A DNA stretch of 64,000 nucleotides from positions 2,232,001-2,296,000 of the forward strand of contig CM039002.1 in assembly GCA_017499595.2 (NCBI GenBank), in the 5' to 3' direction. Position 1 is the first letter of the stretch. The number at the start of each line of letters is the position of its first letter. The stretch is from Psilocybe cubensis (lineage: Eukaryota). Both the position numbers and the translations under genes were made by a program. The notes beneath the pieces were generated by a model. It saw only the letters and a list, made by a program, of their open reading frames with translations, was not told the DNA's origin and searched no databases. Shown piece after piece: positions 1-13,244 of this stretch.

Positions 1-220
1 ACGCCTGTCTTTGTTTCCACCCCTTACATTTCTACTATATAATATAGATTTTTCTGTTTCTGTCAAACTGCCTCGCTCACATTCTTCACCGTCACCGCCT
101 TCGTCCAAGCAGGCTACTGGGCGAAGCGACTCTAGTCGAAAGCATCAGCAAAATGGCCCTAGATTCCGGAGAAGGCAAGGGTCTGCCATCATAGAAGCGA
201 GCGAAAAAGCGAAAGTGACG

Positions 221-2107
221 ATGGATTGGAGTACGAGTTACCATGCCGGGTCTTCAAGGTGCGTCCGAATCCCACACTGCCTTTAGCGCTAGCACCCTCT
301 CCCTCCGAAGAGGGGCGCCTCGATGCTGATCTGTCTTCTCTTCTTGTGACGCACGCAGCTCGGGATCGCGGTGTAGCTCGGACGAGGAGACGGACGATGA
401 CCTGCCATCTGATCTGCGCGGCCGCGATTTTTCAGAGAAGAGGTTGAGGAATGGGGATGCGGTGTCGAGGTTCCGCGGGCCCGTTGCGCTGGCGTCGGCT
501 GCTGCAGGAGCGCGCAGGCCCAGTCCCCACGAGCAATCGTCCGGAGACTCGACAGCGACGACGTCGACGACGACCGTTAAACCTGCGTCTATCTCGAGGC
601 GACGCACGTCGTTCACGCGCTCGCGCTCGCCTGCGGTGACGCGGGTGCCGTTCAATGCCAGCACGGCGGCGCACCACCACAGACACATTTCCCCAGCTGT
701 CAACACCAGGCGCAGTGCCCGACAGAACGCGGTGCTCTTGGCCCCGCGATACCTGTTCCCTGCGCAGTGCCGCGTACAGCTGCGCATGCCGCTGACGTCC
801 CTCGCGTGGACGTTTGCGATGGACACGCGCAAGCTGGCGGAGTCGGTGATTTTGCTTGCGTCGCTTTTGTATGCTGCGAGTCATATAGCGGGGTATACAC
901 CGCCGAGTATACCGCCGTTTTCGTATCCTGAAGCGCATGTGTGGCTTGCACTCGGTGCGTATCTGAGTTCTCTTTCCCTCTGTGTATGTGTGTGCTTAAC
1001 AATTTTTTCATTCGCGTAGAACTGCGCATTCTGTCCGCTGTATCCTCACTATACATGCTCTGGGTCCACAGCACATTCACATTCACCTCTACCACCACCA
1101 ACACCACCCCAACCCCAACGACATCACTCAAAAGCCACACATCCGCACTGAGCGCCCCATCTGTCCCTCTACGCCCGGCGTCTCCGCGCCTTGGGGACGC
1201 GAGCCGCGGCGGCAGCGGGCGCCAGGCCGCCCCAACAAGTTACGACAAGAGCGACTTTGGATACGTATGGATGTCCGTCCCCAAAAATTACCGGTGAGTT
1301 CACCCTTTTCCTTTCCTCCCCCCAACTTGTTTCGGCCCGGCTGACTATATCATTTTTTTTTCGTATTCTTTGGTTTTCGTTATCTTTTCGGCGTCATCTA
1401 ACCATCACGCGTTGGAATCATTCGATGATGAATTGGTTAATTATATATGTACATAATGAATGAATGAATGGGTGGATGGACACGGTAATGTTATGCTTAT
1501 CGCAGAGATTGCCGCGATGACGGCATACTCACCGGTCTCCTCCTCGGACCTCTAATCGCTACATCCGTCGTCGCGTACACGCTCCTCCAATTCCACTCCG
1601 TCTCCGTCTCCCCATCCCTCTCCCCAACACAAACACAAACACAAACACCAATACCAACATCTATCCTCCCACAGGGCTGGCGCATCGAGCCCCCCTTATA
1701 CCTGCGCAACTCGCGCCTGCGCCTCGCGCCCGCGCAGGCGGCGTTGTTGTCGCGCTATGGACTCGTGGATCTGAGCACGTATTGTGCGGTTATTTTGTTG
1801 GTGCATGTGTGCGCGAGTTGGTGGGTTGAGGCGCGGGCTAGAGCTAGAGTTAGAGCTAGGGTCGCTGCCGGTGCTGGTACGGGTGTGGGGGCAAACGCGG
1901 GTGTTGGTGCGACGGGAAGAACAGGAGGAGGAGGAGGAGGAGGAGTGGGAGTGGTGGATGGAGAGCGCGCGTCGGTGCCGCGCAGTGAAGGTCTCCGCTC
2001 AAGCTGGTACATCCTCTTTGCGCTATGCACGAGCGTGCTGATGGTCTCGCTCAAACTGGCGCTCAAGGTGTACGATGTTAAATTATGGAACTGTTAAGTC
2101 TCCTCCC

Positions 2108-2141
<34 letters not shown>

Positions 2142-4310
2142 GATTCGGGCTACTAACTAACGCGTATGAAATAATATGTACAGATTTAAACGTGTTCGAG
2201 GCGGTGGTTGCCTCGCTCTTTTATCAATTCTCGCTGTATGTCGCGCTGAGACTTGCCCATCGCGGGTTCACACTTGGCGAGCTCGGGTTGACGTGTTTCG
2301 GCGCGACAGCTATCGGCCTCGAATTTCTCAATCTCACCATCGCTCGCGTACGTCTTCCCTTAAAAATCAATTAATCTCATCTAATCTTAACCAATTAATC
2401 TAATCTAATCTAATCTAATCTTAAACCACCCAGATCCGACCAATAACAACCCCCTACATCCGAACATACCGCCTCCCCACCCCCCTGCTCACATTCCAAA
2501 TAGCACTAATAGTAGGCTCACTACTCACAGGCTTCCTCCTCTCCCCCTTCCTCGTGCTCTCGCGGAATAACGCGCAGCGGCCCGTGCACCGCTTACGCTT
2601 CCCGCAGGAAAAGGCGAGGAATAGGAAGTTGTATGCGGGGGGGTTTTATGGAGGTGCGGTGTTGTGTGTTGGGGTGCTGGTGGGGGTGTGGACGAGGTGG
2701 TGTTTGGGTGGGAGGGATCCGTGGGTGTGGGTTGTTTATTATGTTGTTGAAAGGACGGGAGGGGGAGCGGAGGGGGAGGGGGTAGGAGGGGATGGGGGGA
2801 AAGCGGGAGGGAGGAGAGCGAGAGTGGGTATGGTGGTGTATTGGGCGATATTGGGCCTTTTGAGTGTGGCGGGGTGGAATAGGCAGTTGGCGAGATCGAG
2901 GAGGTTTAGGATGCGGAATACGACGTCTGTGGGGGTGGAGAGTATGTCGGGGGATTCGAATGCGCTACCTGCTTCCTCCTCTTCGTTGTCGTCGTCGATG
3001 GGGATGGGGATGGGGGGTGGAACGAGTGTGGATGTGGATGGTGCATCCAACTCGCTCATCGCTATCACGCCGTCTTCGTTCCCGAGCTCGAGCTCGAGCT
3101 CGTTGCCGAATGGGGCTGGAGGTGCGGCGGGGATGATGTCGAATGTTGCTAGTGCTAGCGGGATGATGTCGAATGTGGCTAGCGGGATGATGTCCAACGT
3201 CGCTAGTGGGATGATGTCTAACGTCGCTAGTGGGATGATGTCGAATGTGGCTAGCGGGAGCGGGAAGATGATGTCGAATGTTGCGACGGACCTGCTTGAT
3301 GCTGCTGATAAGCGCGTGCCGACGCTTGGATTGAATGCGCGGAGAAAGTTTTTTCATGGGCTGGCGGTTGTGATGTTTGTTCCTGGGATTGCTGTTGATG
3401 TGCGTTTATCCTCCATTCCATTGCTTCTGCTAATTAATTGCCTAACTTGAACTTGATTTTTTTTTGCAACTCTAGCCGGCGTTCACGCATCTAGCGCTAA
3501 GCGTCGCATTCGCCCTCTTCACATTCGTCGAATACATACGCTACTTCGCGATATACCCCTTTGGAGCGGCAGTGCATTTGTTTATGAATGAGTTTTTGGA
3601 TCATAGGGATAGTGGGACGGCGATATTGAGCCATTTTTATTTGTTGACGGGGAGTGCGGGGTCGTTGTGGCTTGAGGGGTGAGTTGTTCGTTGTTGTTGT
3701 TTTGTTTTTGCGGGCTTGGGTTTTTTTCTTTTTTGGATGGATGGAGTAGCTGATGTTTTTTTTTGCGTTGTAGACCCAGTAGGTTGTTGCAGTTTACAGG
3801 CATTTTAACCCTCGGTTTGGGAGATGCGGCTGTGAGTACCTTTCTCTCCCCTCTCCCTTCGTCCTTATTACAATCGTAATCAGAAGCTGACTTCACCTTA
3901 ACCTCACCACATCGCGCAGGCGTCGATTGTAGGCAGACGGATCGGAGTGCACAGGTGGTCGTCTACGACATCCAAGACGCTGGAAGGGAGTATCGCGTTT
4001 GTGGGTTCTGTGGTTGGTGCGGCGGGGTTGTTGAGGCTTGCGGGGTACGTTGAGTCGTTTTCGGTGAGTTTCGCGTTTCTTTTTTTTCCTTTTTTTTCTT
4101 CTTTTTTTTTTTTGTTACTCATGACAGAGCATGGATCATGGATGGCTGATGTTTTTTTTTTACTTTTTTTTTTGGGTATGGATGTAGAGCGCGGGGTACC
4201 TGGGCGTTGTATGTGTGTCTGCGCTGTTGGAAGCTGTTTCGGATCAGAATGATAATTTGACGCTGCCGTTGTATATGTGGAGTTTGTTGGTTGTGTGTGG
4301 TGTTGCATAG
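221..4310 (+). CDS. SEC59: Dolichol kinase (cytidylyltransferase-family polytopic membrane protein), multi-exon
   Basis: ATG at 221 with first intron GTGCGT..CAG (259-358) joins the 444 ORF frame. Family motifs RRKFFHGLAV, HFYLL, GLGDAAASIVG, KTLEGS and C-terminal EAVSDQNDNLTLP; stop TAG at 4308-4310. Confidence 0.9.
3130..3285 (+). repeat. Coding tandem repeat, about 24-nt unit, 6 copies of (G)MMSNVA(S)
   Basis: gggatgatgtcNaaYgtNgctagY repeated in the dolichol kinase exon, with copies differing mainly at synonymous sites. Confidence 0.9.
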
Positions 4311-4619
4311 TCGCTATGCCATGCCACGCTATGCGACGATGCCATGATCACGCTATGCGACGATGAGGATGATCAGGGGAAGGGGTGACGTCATACTTCG
4401 CACGGTGGAGGGAGATGCCGGACGGGAGCTTTATGTGGAGTAGAAGTAGAATTACATACACATACGTACAGTGACTGGACGAGACGAGAACTAGACTGGA
4501 CTAGCTTGCACTGGTGAAAGAAAACTCGAAAAACCAAAACGAAAAACGGAAAACAAGCGGATAACAAGCGGACTATAACTTTTTTTTTTATTGATTGATG
4601 TGTATGGCTTTGTGCTGAG

Positions 4620-7600
4620 ATGACACGTTCGGATGGCTCTTTGCGTGGTTTTGTGGGGCGGAGGGAGGGGGAGAGGGATGGGGAGGGGGAAGGGCAGCCA
4701 CCACCTGCTGCTGCTGCTGCTGGTGTCAGTCAGCTTTCTGAAGAGTATCAGCCACCACCACAGCACCAGCACCAGCACCACCAGCAATTACACCAGCAGC
4801 AGCAGCAGCAGCGCAATCTACCGCGCAAGCCTGCACGACCGTCTACTGCGCCTTCGGCGCCCCGGGACGTCTTTTCTCTTCTTCCTTCCTCTGCGCCGTT
4901 GGTACAGGCGCAGGTCCATGCCAGTGGTGGGTTAGGTTCTGTCGGCACTTCCACTGATTCTACCGCCACCGACTTCACCAGCACTTCATCATCATCATAC
5001 CCCAGCTCAGACAGCGGAGCAGATAGCAGTGCAGACGCTGTGGATAGTGTGCACAGTGAGCTCCCGCTGCAGCCTGTTATGGAGGACGATGCGACAAGTA
5101 CGAGTACGGGTATGAGTATGACTACGAGTATGGGTATTGGTGTGTTATCTGCCTTTTTTGTGGTGGTGTGGATGGGTGCTTATGCTTATGCTGATTTGGT
5201 CTAGACGATCATCATCATCATCTACAGCAGCAGGAACGTCTTATCTCGGGTATGGCTGACGCCACTCAGCATCCCCAGCAACAGGCACCCCAGCACCAGC
5301 ATCAACAGCAGCAGCATCAACAGCAGCAGAACACACTGACGGTATCCGAATGCGACTGGGCGACGTTCATCGCTGCGTACGCAGCGGGCCGCTGGGACCC
5401 CCATCGCACGCCGAATAAGCCTATGCCGTGTCATTTGCTTCTGGCGGATTCGATGCGCTTTGCTGGGTATGATGTATCGTCTTCTTCTGCGAAGATGGTG
5501 CGGGGTGGGGTGAATGAGGGTCCTGTCCTGGGCGAGGGCGGACAGCCGCCCACGCAGGATGGGGAGGGCATACCGCTTATCAAGTTTGACGATCCGTCGG
5601 CGTCTTCGTCGTCTGCTGCTACGCAGCCACTTTCTGCTGTCTCTGAACCTGGCTCTAGTAGCAAGCCGCATCTGACAATGCCCCTCCGCCTCCCGCACCG
5701 CTTCCGCAACTCCTTCTCCACATCCACCTCCTCCTCCTCATCCACCACCTCCACCACCTCCTCATCCAACGCAGCAGCCGGCGCCCCGCCGCATCCCTCC
5801 GCCGTCTCCGATGTCCACGCGGCGGTCGCGACGATGCGCTGGGCCGCTGCGCGCGTGGATATTTCGCCGCTTGCTCTGCCGTCGCCGGAGCATGAGCTTA
5901 CGGACCCGATGCGCGGGGTGACGGCTGCGATACCGGGGTCGCATCCTGTTGATGGCGGGTATGAGTATGAGGGGAGGGTGGGGGTGGATTGTATGGTTAC
6001 GCCGGGGGGCACGAGGAGGTCGCGGTTGAATGGGTTTTGGGAGGGGACGACGGATGTGGATGGTGCGGGGATGGGGGCGGGAGCGGGGGTGGATAGGCTG
6101 GAGACGATTTTGGCGAGTCCGCCGGAGGTCGATTGGACGGGTGTGCCTGGACCTGATGATGATGACGCTGGTGGACGGCAAGGGCAAGGGCGGCGGCGGA
6201 CGTCAAGCGACGAGGCTAACGTTAATAATTCTAATTCTAATGGTCATCAGCACGGGCACGCGCGCGGTGTGTCCCTGGAAGTTGAAGGTGCACTGCATGG
6301 GGATTTGGAATCGACGTCATTGTACACGTCAATGTCAGGTTTGACGGTATCTGGTGCCGATTTGGATTTGGATTTGGATTTGGAGGGGTTGGTGGATGAT
6401 TCGGTGTCGACATCAAGTATGTCGTCGTCTAGTTTAGCTGGTGTAGGGACACCGACACCGACAACGTCAGCAGCAGCGGTACCAGCAGCAGCAGCATCAG
6501 CACCAACGACGTCAGCAACAACGTCAGCAACGTCAACGTCACCGTTAACGTCAAAAACATCCAAGATCCATATCGGGTCATCCGCCCCTCCTCCTTCTTC
6601 TTCTTCTTACCCTCCGCATACGCATCACCCGCGCATCCCTCCCGCCAGCGCACCAGCCATCGAGAACAACAACGCACCGCCCTCGTCCTGGCGCACGGAC
6701 TATTTTGGGGATGTAACCGGGCTCACGACGGGGTGGGGCCCGATTACGGAGACAAAGTCGTTGCCTGCTGCTCCTGATTCTATTGGTATCGGCAATGCGA
6801 CTGCGAATACGAAGATTCTGCCATCCACTTCGGGTCTGACGTTGACGCCTGCGACTTTGTCATCGACATCGATGCTGACGACGACGTCGTCTGCTGCGAC
6901 GAATATAAGTAATTATGCTAATACGAATGTGTCTGCTACTGCCGCTACCAATGGGAATGGGAGTTTTACTTCGGCTTCTGCTTCGACTTCGACTTCGACT
7001 TCAACTTCAACTTTGAACCCATCTTCATCTTCATCCTCTAACACCACTCCATCTTCATCCTCGAATCCCGACCCTCATTCTCACCCTAACCACGACCACT
7101 CGCACAACAACCCCTCCCAACAACCCTCCCAACAACACCACCACTCACACCACCACGACAGCGAAAACACATACAACCAACCTTCAACACCTACATCCGT
7201 CCCGGCGCTGCCGCGCCGGTTGGCACTCACGAGGCAGACGTCGTCGCCGCTTCCTGAGTCTGTGGCTGGGTCTGGGGTTGGTGTGGGTGTCGGTATGGGG
7301 GCGATTGGAGGTGGGTTTTTTGTTGGAGGAGGAGGTGGAGGAGGTGCTGGAGGTGCTACTGCAGCAGCACCAGGAGCACCAGGAGCACCGCGAGGAGCAC
7401 CGCCAAACACAACAACCGACAACCCAACCCCCGAAGACCCAACATCAACCCCAGCCACAGCAACACCCACAGCACAAGCACCAACAGCAACAGCAACACC
7501 AACACCAACCACAGGTCCAACCCACCCAAAACTCAAACTCAAACTCAAACTAGGCCGCGCTGCCAAAGAAGAGAGGATGTTCAGTGAGCTGGGGTACCTT

Positions 7601-10600
7601 GCCCCGCCTTATCCGCCGGATGAGCTCGAGAGACGGAGGGCTTTGTATAAGTAAGTTTTTCTTTGGTTTTTTTCTTTGAGGGTCTTTTTTTTTTGCGAGG
7701 GTTTTTGGATGGGGTTTTTGGGGTTTTGCGGTTTTGCGGTTTTGGGTTTTTGGTTTTGGTTTGGGGTTGGGTTTTGGTTTTGGTTTTGGTTTTGGGTTGG
7801 GTTTTGCGGGGGTTTTGGGTTTGGGTTGGGTTTTGCGAGGGTTTTGCGAGGGGGTTTTTTGCGAGGGGTTTTGGTTGGGTTTTTGGTTCTTCTTGGTCCT
7901 TTTTTCAAAAAAAAGAAGAAAAGAAGAAAAAGAAAAAGAAAGTGGTAGGATGGTACCGGTGCTGACGCGCGTTTTACATTTTTACGTTTCGCGTTTTACT
8001 TTCTCTTCGTTGTTACGATTTTTTTAAATTGCGTTTTGCGTTTTGCGTTTCACCTTGCGCTTTTACGTTTTCGTTTTCATGTTCTCATGTTTTTTTGTGA
8101 TTTCATGTTTTTCGCATTCGCGTTTCTGCGCTTTGCGTTTCGTGTCAATATCTTTTATTGACAACTGACAACTGAAAACTGACAAACTGACGATCAATTC
8201 CAACGACACGACAGATTCAACATATGGAACACAGGCCCCGACATGAACTTTGACAGAATCGCACACCTCGCAAAGTTGGTGTTTAGCACGAAAGGTGTGC
8301 TTGTGTCGTTGATTGATGGGAATGAGCAGTAAGTTTCTTCCAAGTTGATAAGTTGTTTTCGCTTCGCTGTTTTTTCCTTGTTCCGTTGTTTCTGTGTTTT
8401 GTGGTGTTGTGTGTTTTGTTTTTTGTGGTGTTGTGTGTTTTGTTTTGTGAGCTGTGTTGTGTGAGCTGTGTTTTGTGTGATCTGTTTTGTGTCCTTTTTT
8501 GGTTTTGATTGATTGTTGGATTGTTGGACTGACGAATTACCAATTGACTTTTGTGTTTGTGTGTATAGGTGGAATAAATCGGAATGTGAGTGCTTTTTCT
8601 TTCTTTTTTAATCGTGCGGGGGTTTCTTTCTTTCCTTTCCTCTCTCTTTCCTGGTTTTTTGTGAGGAGCACGAGGAGCATGAGTAACAGGAAGATGCAGA
8701 AAGTGAAAATAGGAAAGAGGAAGGGGAAGTAGGAAGAGGAAGGAGGACGAGAAAGGAGAAAAGAAACCCCCCACCACAAACTCTCGAAAAAAATTTTGGA
8801 AATATGGAATTGCTTGACTTATTATGCAGGGGGTATGAAAATCACCAGCTGTGCGCGCGCGCATTCGTTCTGTGGGCATACGATTTTACAGCGGTGCGTT
8901 TTTCTTTTCTTCATGCTCTTTTTGTTTTTGCTTTTTTTGCGTTGGTTTGTTGGTTCTATTTCGTTCGTTCGTGTTCGTTTGAGAGGTATGGGCTTTGTTG
9001 GACTTTTCGTTTTTTTCTTTTTTTTTTCTTTTATTTTATTTCTTTGGTTTTTTTTCAGGATGTGACTAAACATGCCATTTTTGAATATTTTACTTTTGGA
9101 ATTTGTAGAGGCGACGAACCGATGGTTATTCTGGATACGCATAAAGATTGGCGGTTCGAGAAAAACGTAAGAATTTCTTTTTTAAAAAAACCAAAAACAA
9201 AGCCTTCTAGCTGTTGTGTCTGTGTGTGTGTTTTAGTAATGATGCTGACTGTCTTTTTTGTGTTGTTTTTAGCCTTTGACGATTGGAGCGCCGCATATAC
9301 GGTTCTACGCCGGCGCGCCGCTGCGTACGCACGATGGGTTTAATATCGGCACGTCAGTACCCATTTCTCTCTCTGGACCTTGTTTTTTTTTTTTTTTTTT
9401 TGGTTTTTTGGGTGTTGATCGCTCACGATTTTTTATTTTTATTTTTTTGGGGGGTCTAGGCTTGCGGTTATTGACGATCAGCCAAGGGAGGAGTTTTCGC
9501 CTAGGCAGAGACATACATTGAAAGAGTTTGCGGTTCGTGGGATTGTTCTTTTTTTATCGCATGTTTTTTTGGGAGTTGGAAGTGACTTTTTGTGGGTTTT
9601 GTAGGCGATTGCGACGAGGGAGATGGAGCTTTGGAGCGATAAGGTGTGTGTACATGGATGTAAACACGAAGTGATGATAATTGACGGATGATTGTGTGCA
9701 GATTCAACTGCGAATCAGGGACCGCATTCAAAATTCAGTAAGCTATCACCTCCAAAGGGTCCTATCGCTTTTTGCCCTAACCTTTCCTAACTTTTCTCTA
9801 CTCAGATGGAGCAATTCAGCCGCGAATGCCTCGAAATCGACACCGAAACGCACGCAAGCTACGAGCACCCCGACCTGCTCGTCGGATCATCCATGGACAA
9901 AGTCTACGACCGCGCCGCGAAACTCGTCAAGCGCACACTGGACGTCGAAGGCGTGCTGGTCATGGACGTCGCGCACACGGAGGTCCTCGAGACGATGAGC
10001 GCCGCCGAGGGCACTGTGTCTGTTGCTCTGCACCATGGGGAAGTTGGGCGGGAGATGAGTAGGCGCCAGTTGAGTCATGAGGAGTATAGGCGCCTTGGAG
10101 AGTTTTTTGAGAAGTATCCGGATGGGAGGGTGTCGGAGGGTATTGTGCCCCAGAGCTTTAAGCCGTTTTTGCCGACGCATGTGCAGTATGCGCTGAGTGA
10201 GTGGTCGCTTTTTTTGTTCGTGTTGGTGTATGTGTTTTTAATGGTGTGCGTGTTTTTTTAGCGGTGCCGATATTTAATATTGATAAACGGCCATTTGCGC
10301 TTTTATGTGCGTATAACACGCACGAGCACGCGAAACGATTTGTGAGCTTTCTCAAAAATTATCGTCTGATATGATTTTTTTTAAAAAAACTGTTATGCCG
10401 TGGATAGTTGGAAGGACACGAGTTGTCGTATTTGCGCGCGATTGGGGTTATCATTCTCTCTGCGGTGCTGAAACGAAGGATGCTTCTGGCTGATAAAGCT
10501 AAAGGGTTGTTTATCTCCAAGTAAGCGTTGGTCTTTGCACAAAAATAAAACCTCATGGAAACTTGACTTGACATTGTTTGATAGTATATCCCACGAGCTA

Positions 10601-13244
10601 CGGACACCGTTACATGGTGTACGTACCCCTCTCACTTCCTGACCCTGACTCGCGTTAACAGCTGACCTGATCCCTGATCCCCTGATCTGTCCTTACAAAC
10701 CCTCCAGATCCTTGCAGCCGCTGAACTCCTAAGCGAAAGCAACCTCAACCACTCCCAACAATCTTTCCTGCAAACCGTCCAGGCGTGCGGGACGTCGCTC
10801 GTCGAAACTGTCAATCATGTGCTAGATTTTACAAAGTTGAGCGGGAATAGTAAAGCGGGCGGAGTGGAGAATGTGATTGTACCGTCTACGTGCGTGCCTA
10901 ATCCTCTTCCTTCTGCTTTTTGCATGTTATCTTATCTTTGCGGATCTTTACTTAATCGATATATATATATCGTTGTATATATGTTGGAATGATACAGCGT
11001 CGACCTGATGCAGCTGGTGGAAGAGGCCGTGGATGGGTGCTGGATAGGCCACCGTGCGCGCACGGCGAGTATGGAGGAGAATGGGATCGGAAGCGTGTAT
11101 TCGCCGCCGAAGGAGGACCGCGGCTCGCCGGTTGCGACGCGCAGGAAGCATGTCGAGACGATTGTGGACATTGGGTATCGGCCTGAGGTGTGTAAATGCC
11201 ACAACTACCTCGTTTGGATTGGGTTTTCTGATTGTTTGGTTGGTTGGTTAGGGATGGACGTTGAAGTGCGAAAAGGGGGGTATTCGGAGGATTTTGATGA
11301 ATCTTTTTGGGAATAGTCTCAAGTTTACATCTGTAAGTGATCATAACGAACATTTCGGTAATTTGAAAACTAACGACAAACCCTTTTTTTAGGACGGTTA
11401 TGTGCATGTGCTGTTGCGCCAGCTTCCCCCTGCAGAGAACGACCCGCCGAACAAGGTTAGAGTTGAGTTGGCTGTCTTTGACACTGGCAAGGTGGGTTTT
11501 ATCGATTCATTGATGCCCATGATGAAGTGTTTAAATCAGTTAATTTATAGGGTATTAGCCAGAATTTCTTGAAGGTAACTCGCAGCTCGCATTTTAGATT
11601 TAACCTTCTCTCGCTAATAGCCACCTTTAAGAACCAACTTTTCCATCCCTTTTCACAAGAAAATCCACTACAGACAGGCACAGGCCTGGGCCTCGCCATT
11701 GTCAGCAGCATCGTCACGTCGGAGAATGTGAGCGGCAAAGTCGACGTTTGGTCAGAAGAAGGCGTAGGCACGGAGATCAAAGTGACGTTCCCTGCTGAAA
11801 AAGTCGAGGGTCAGCCTTTGCACGACGCGGAGCTGTTTCGTTCTGAAGAGGATGGTACGCTGCCGACGGTGTCCCTGGTCGGCTTTTCGACGCCCCATAA
11901 AGGGGTGCAGCTTCTGGACGAGACGATTCGCTCGTACCTGACGACGTGGTGGGGGTTCGAGATCGTCGACGAAGATGGAGACATCGTCATTATGAATGAG
12001 GACCCATCATTAGTTTTAGATGCGACTAGACAGCGAGACACGCAGCATGCGTACATCATACTCTCTTCTTCTCGCGGCAGCCCGGGCTTGATGTCCATAG
12101 CGAGCGACCATGAGCGTATCGGCGGCTTCTGTCGCATACTCTACAAGCCTGGCGGGCCTTCTCGACTTCTGGGCGTTCTCAAAGTTAGCATCCACGCGCT
12201 GAGAATCGGGAATCATCAAGACCGCATGTCCTCGCCGATGGGGTCGATCAACGGCGACTCGACGCAGGAGCGCGTCAGCAGCAGCAGCAAGTCGCCTTCT
12301 GGATCAGGCGTGCGGCGCAACTCGGAGGAAACGGGACAAAGATCATATCCCTACATGCGGCGACCGACGACACCGCGTTCGCACACTGCGCATCCGCTCC
12401 CTACGAAGTGGGGTAGTACGTCGACAAAGGCTCCGGAACCGGTGGAGGTGGTGGAGGCGGATACCCCAGTCCCGACGATATCACTCGGGACAGGAGGGAC
12501 GCTGTTGAAATCGTCCATTGGATCTCTCGACGCCATGCTCCGCTTCCGTGTGCTGGTCGTTGAGGATAATAGTATACTTCGTAACCTCCTGTACGCCCTT
12601 CTTTTTTCTTTCTTTTTTTCGTTTTCTGACTTGCTGGGACCTTGTTGTTTTTGTGACGTATTAGAATCAAGTGGCTTTCCAACAAGGTGAGATGTTTGGT
12701 TGGTGATTACCTTTGTCCTGTGTTCTGATTTCTTTTTGGTCCAATAGGGTTATGAGTTTGCTGCGGCAGTCAACGGACGTGAGGGCGTCAATGTGTTTCG
12801 CGAGGAGGGCCCCTTTGAGTATGTTTCATTCACTATCTTTTCTTTGATTGGCTGACAAATTGCTTCCGAAGCGTCGTCCTATTGGATCTTTCCATGCCCA
12901 TTCTTGACGGTCAGTGTAATTGCAGTAAAAATCAAATATATCTCTTCTGATATCTTTTGAAATAGGTGTTGGAGCAACCATTGAGATTCGTCAAATCGAA
13001 GCGGACATGGTCAAGGTCACGCCAGGCATGCATCCATCCCGAATTCTTGCTCTCACAGGAATGTCGACGTTGGAAGACAAACGACGCGCGTTCGACGCCG
13101 GTGTTGACGGATAGTGCGTTCATTTCTTTTTTTTTCTCTGCAATCATCGCTTTGCTTAAACTTTTTTTACGATGACTCAGTCTCGTCAAACCTGTCGCGT
13201 TCAAGACGCTAGACGACATGTTTCACAAACTAGGAGTATCATGA
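4620..13244 (+). CDS. Hybrid sensor histidine kinase (long low-complexity N-terminus, GAF, HisKA, HATPase_c, receiver), many introns
   Basis: GAF motifs ([34 protein letters not shown]), H-box [11 protein letters not shown] (~10585), N-box [11 protein letters not shown]1 DTGKGI, G2 GTGLGLAIV, receiver VLVVEDN / DLSMP / KPV; stop TGA at 13242-13244. Start codon less certain. Confidence 0.9.
7651..7890 (+). repeat. G/T-rich degenerate (TTTTGG/TTTGGG)n tract inside a histidine kinase intron
   Basis: About 240 nt made almost entirely of G and T runs following donor GTAAGT at 7651. Confidence 0.8.

Noticed and set aside
7700-7880. Interstitial telomere
   Set aside because: No TTAGGG units; the tract is degenerate and lies within an intron.
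7609-8027. GF-rich and KPQN-rich ORFs
   Set aside because: Translations of the G/T simple-sequence intron, not genes.
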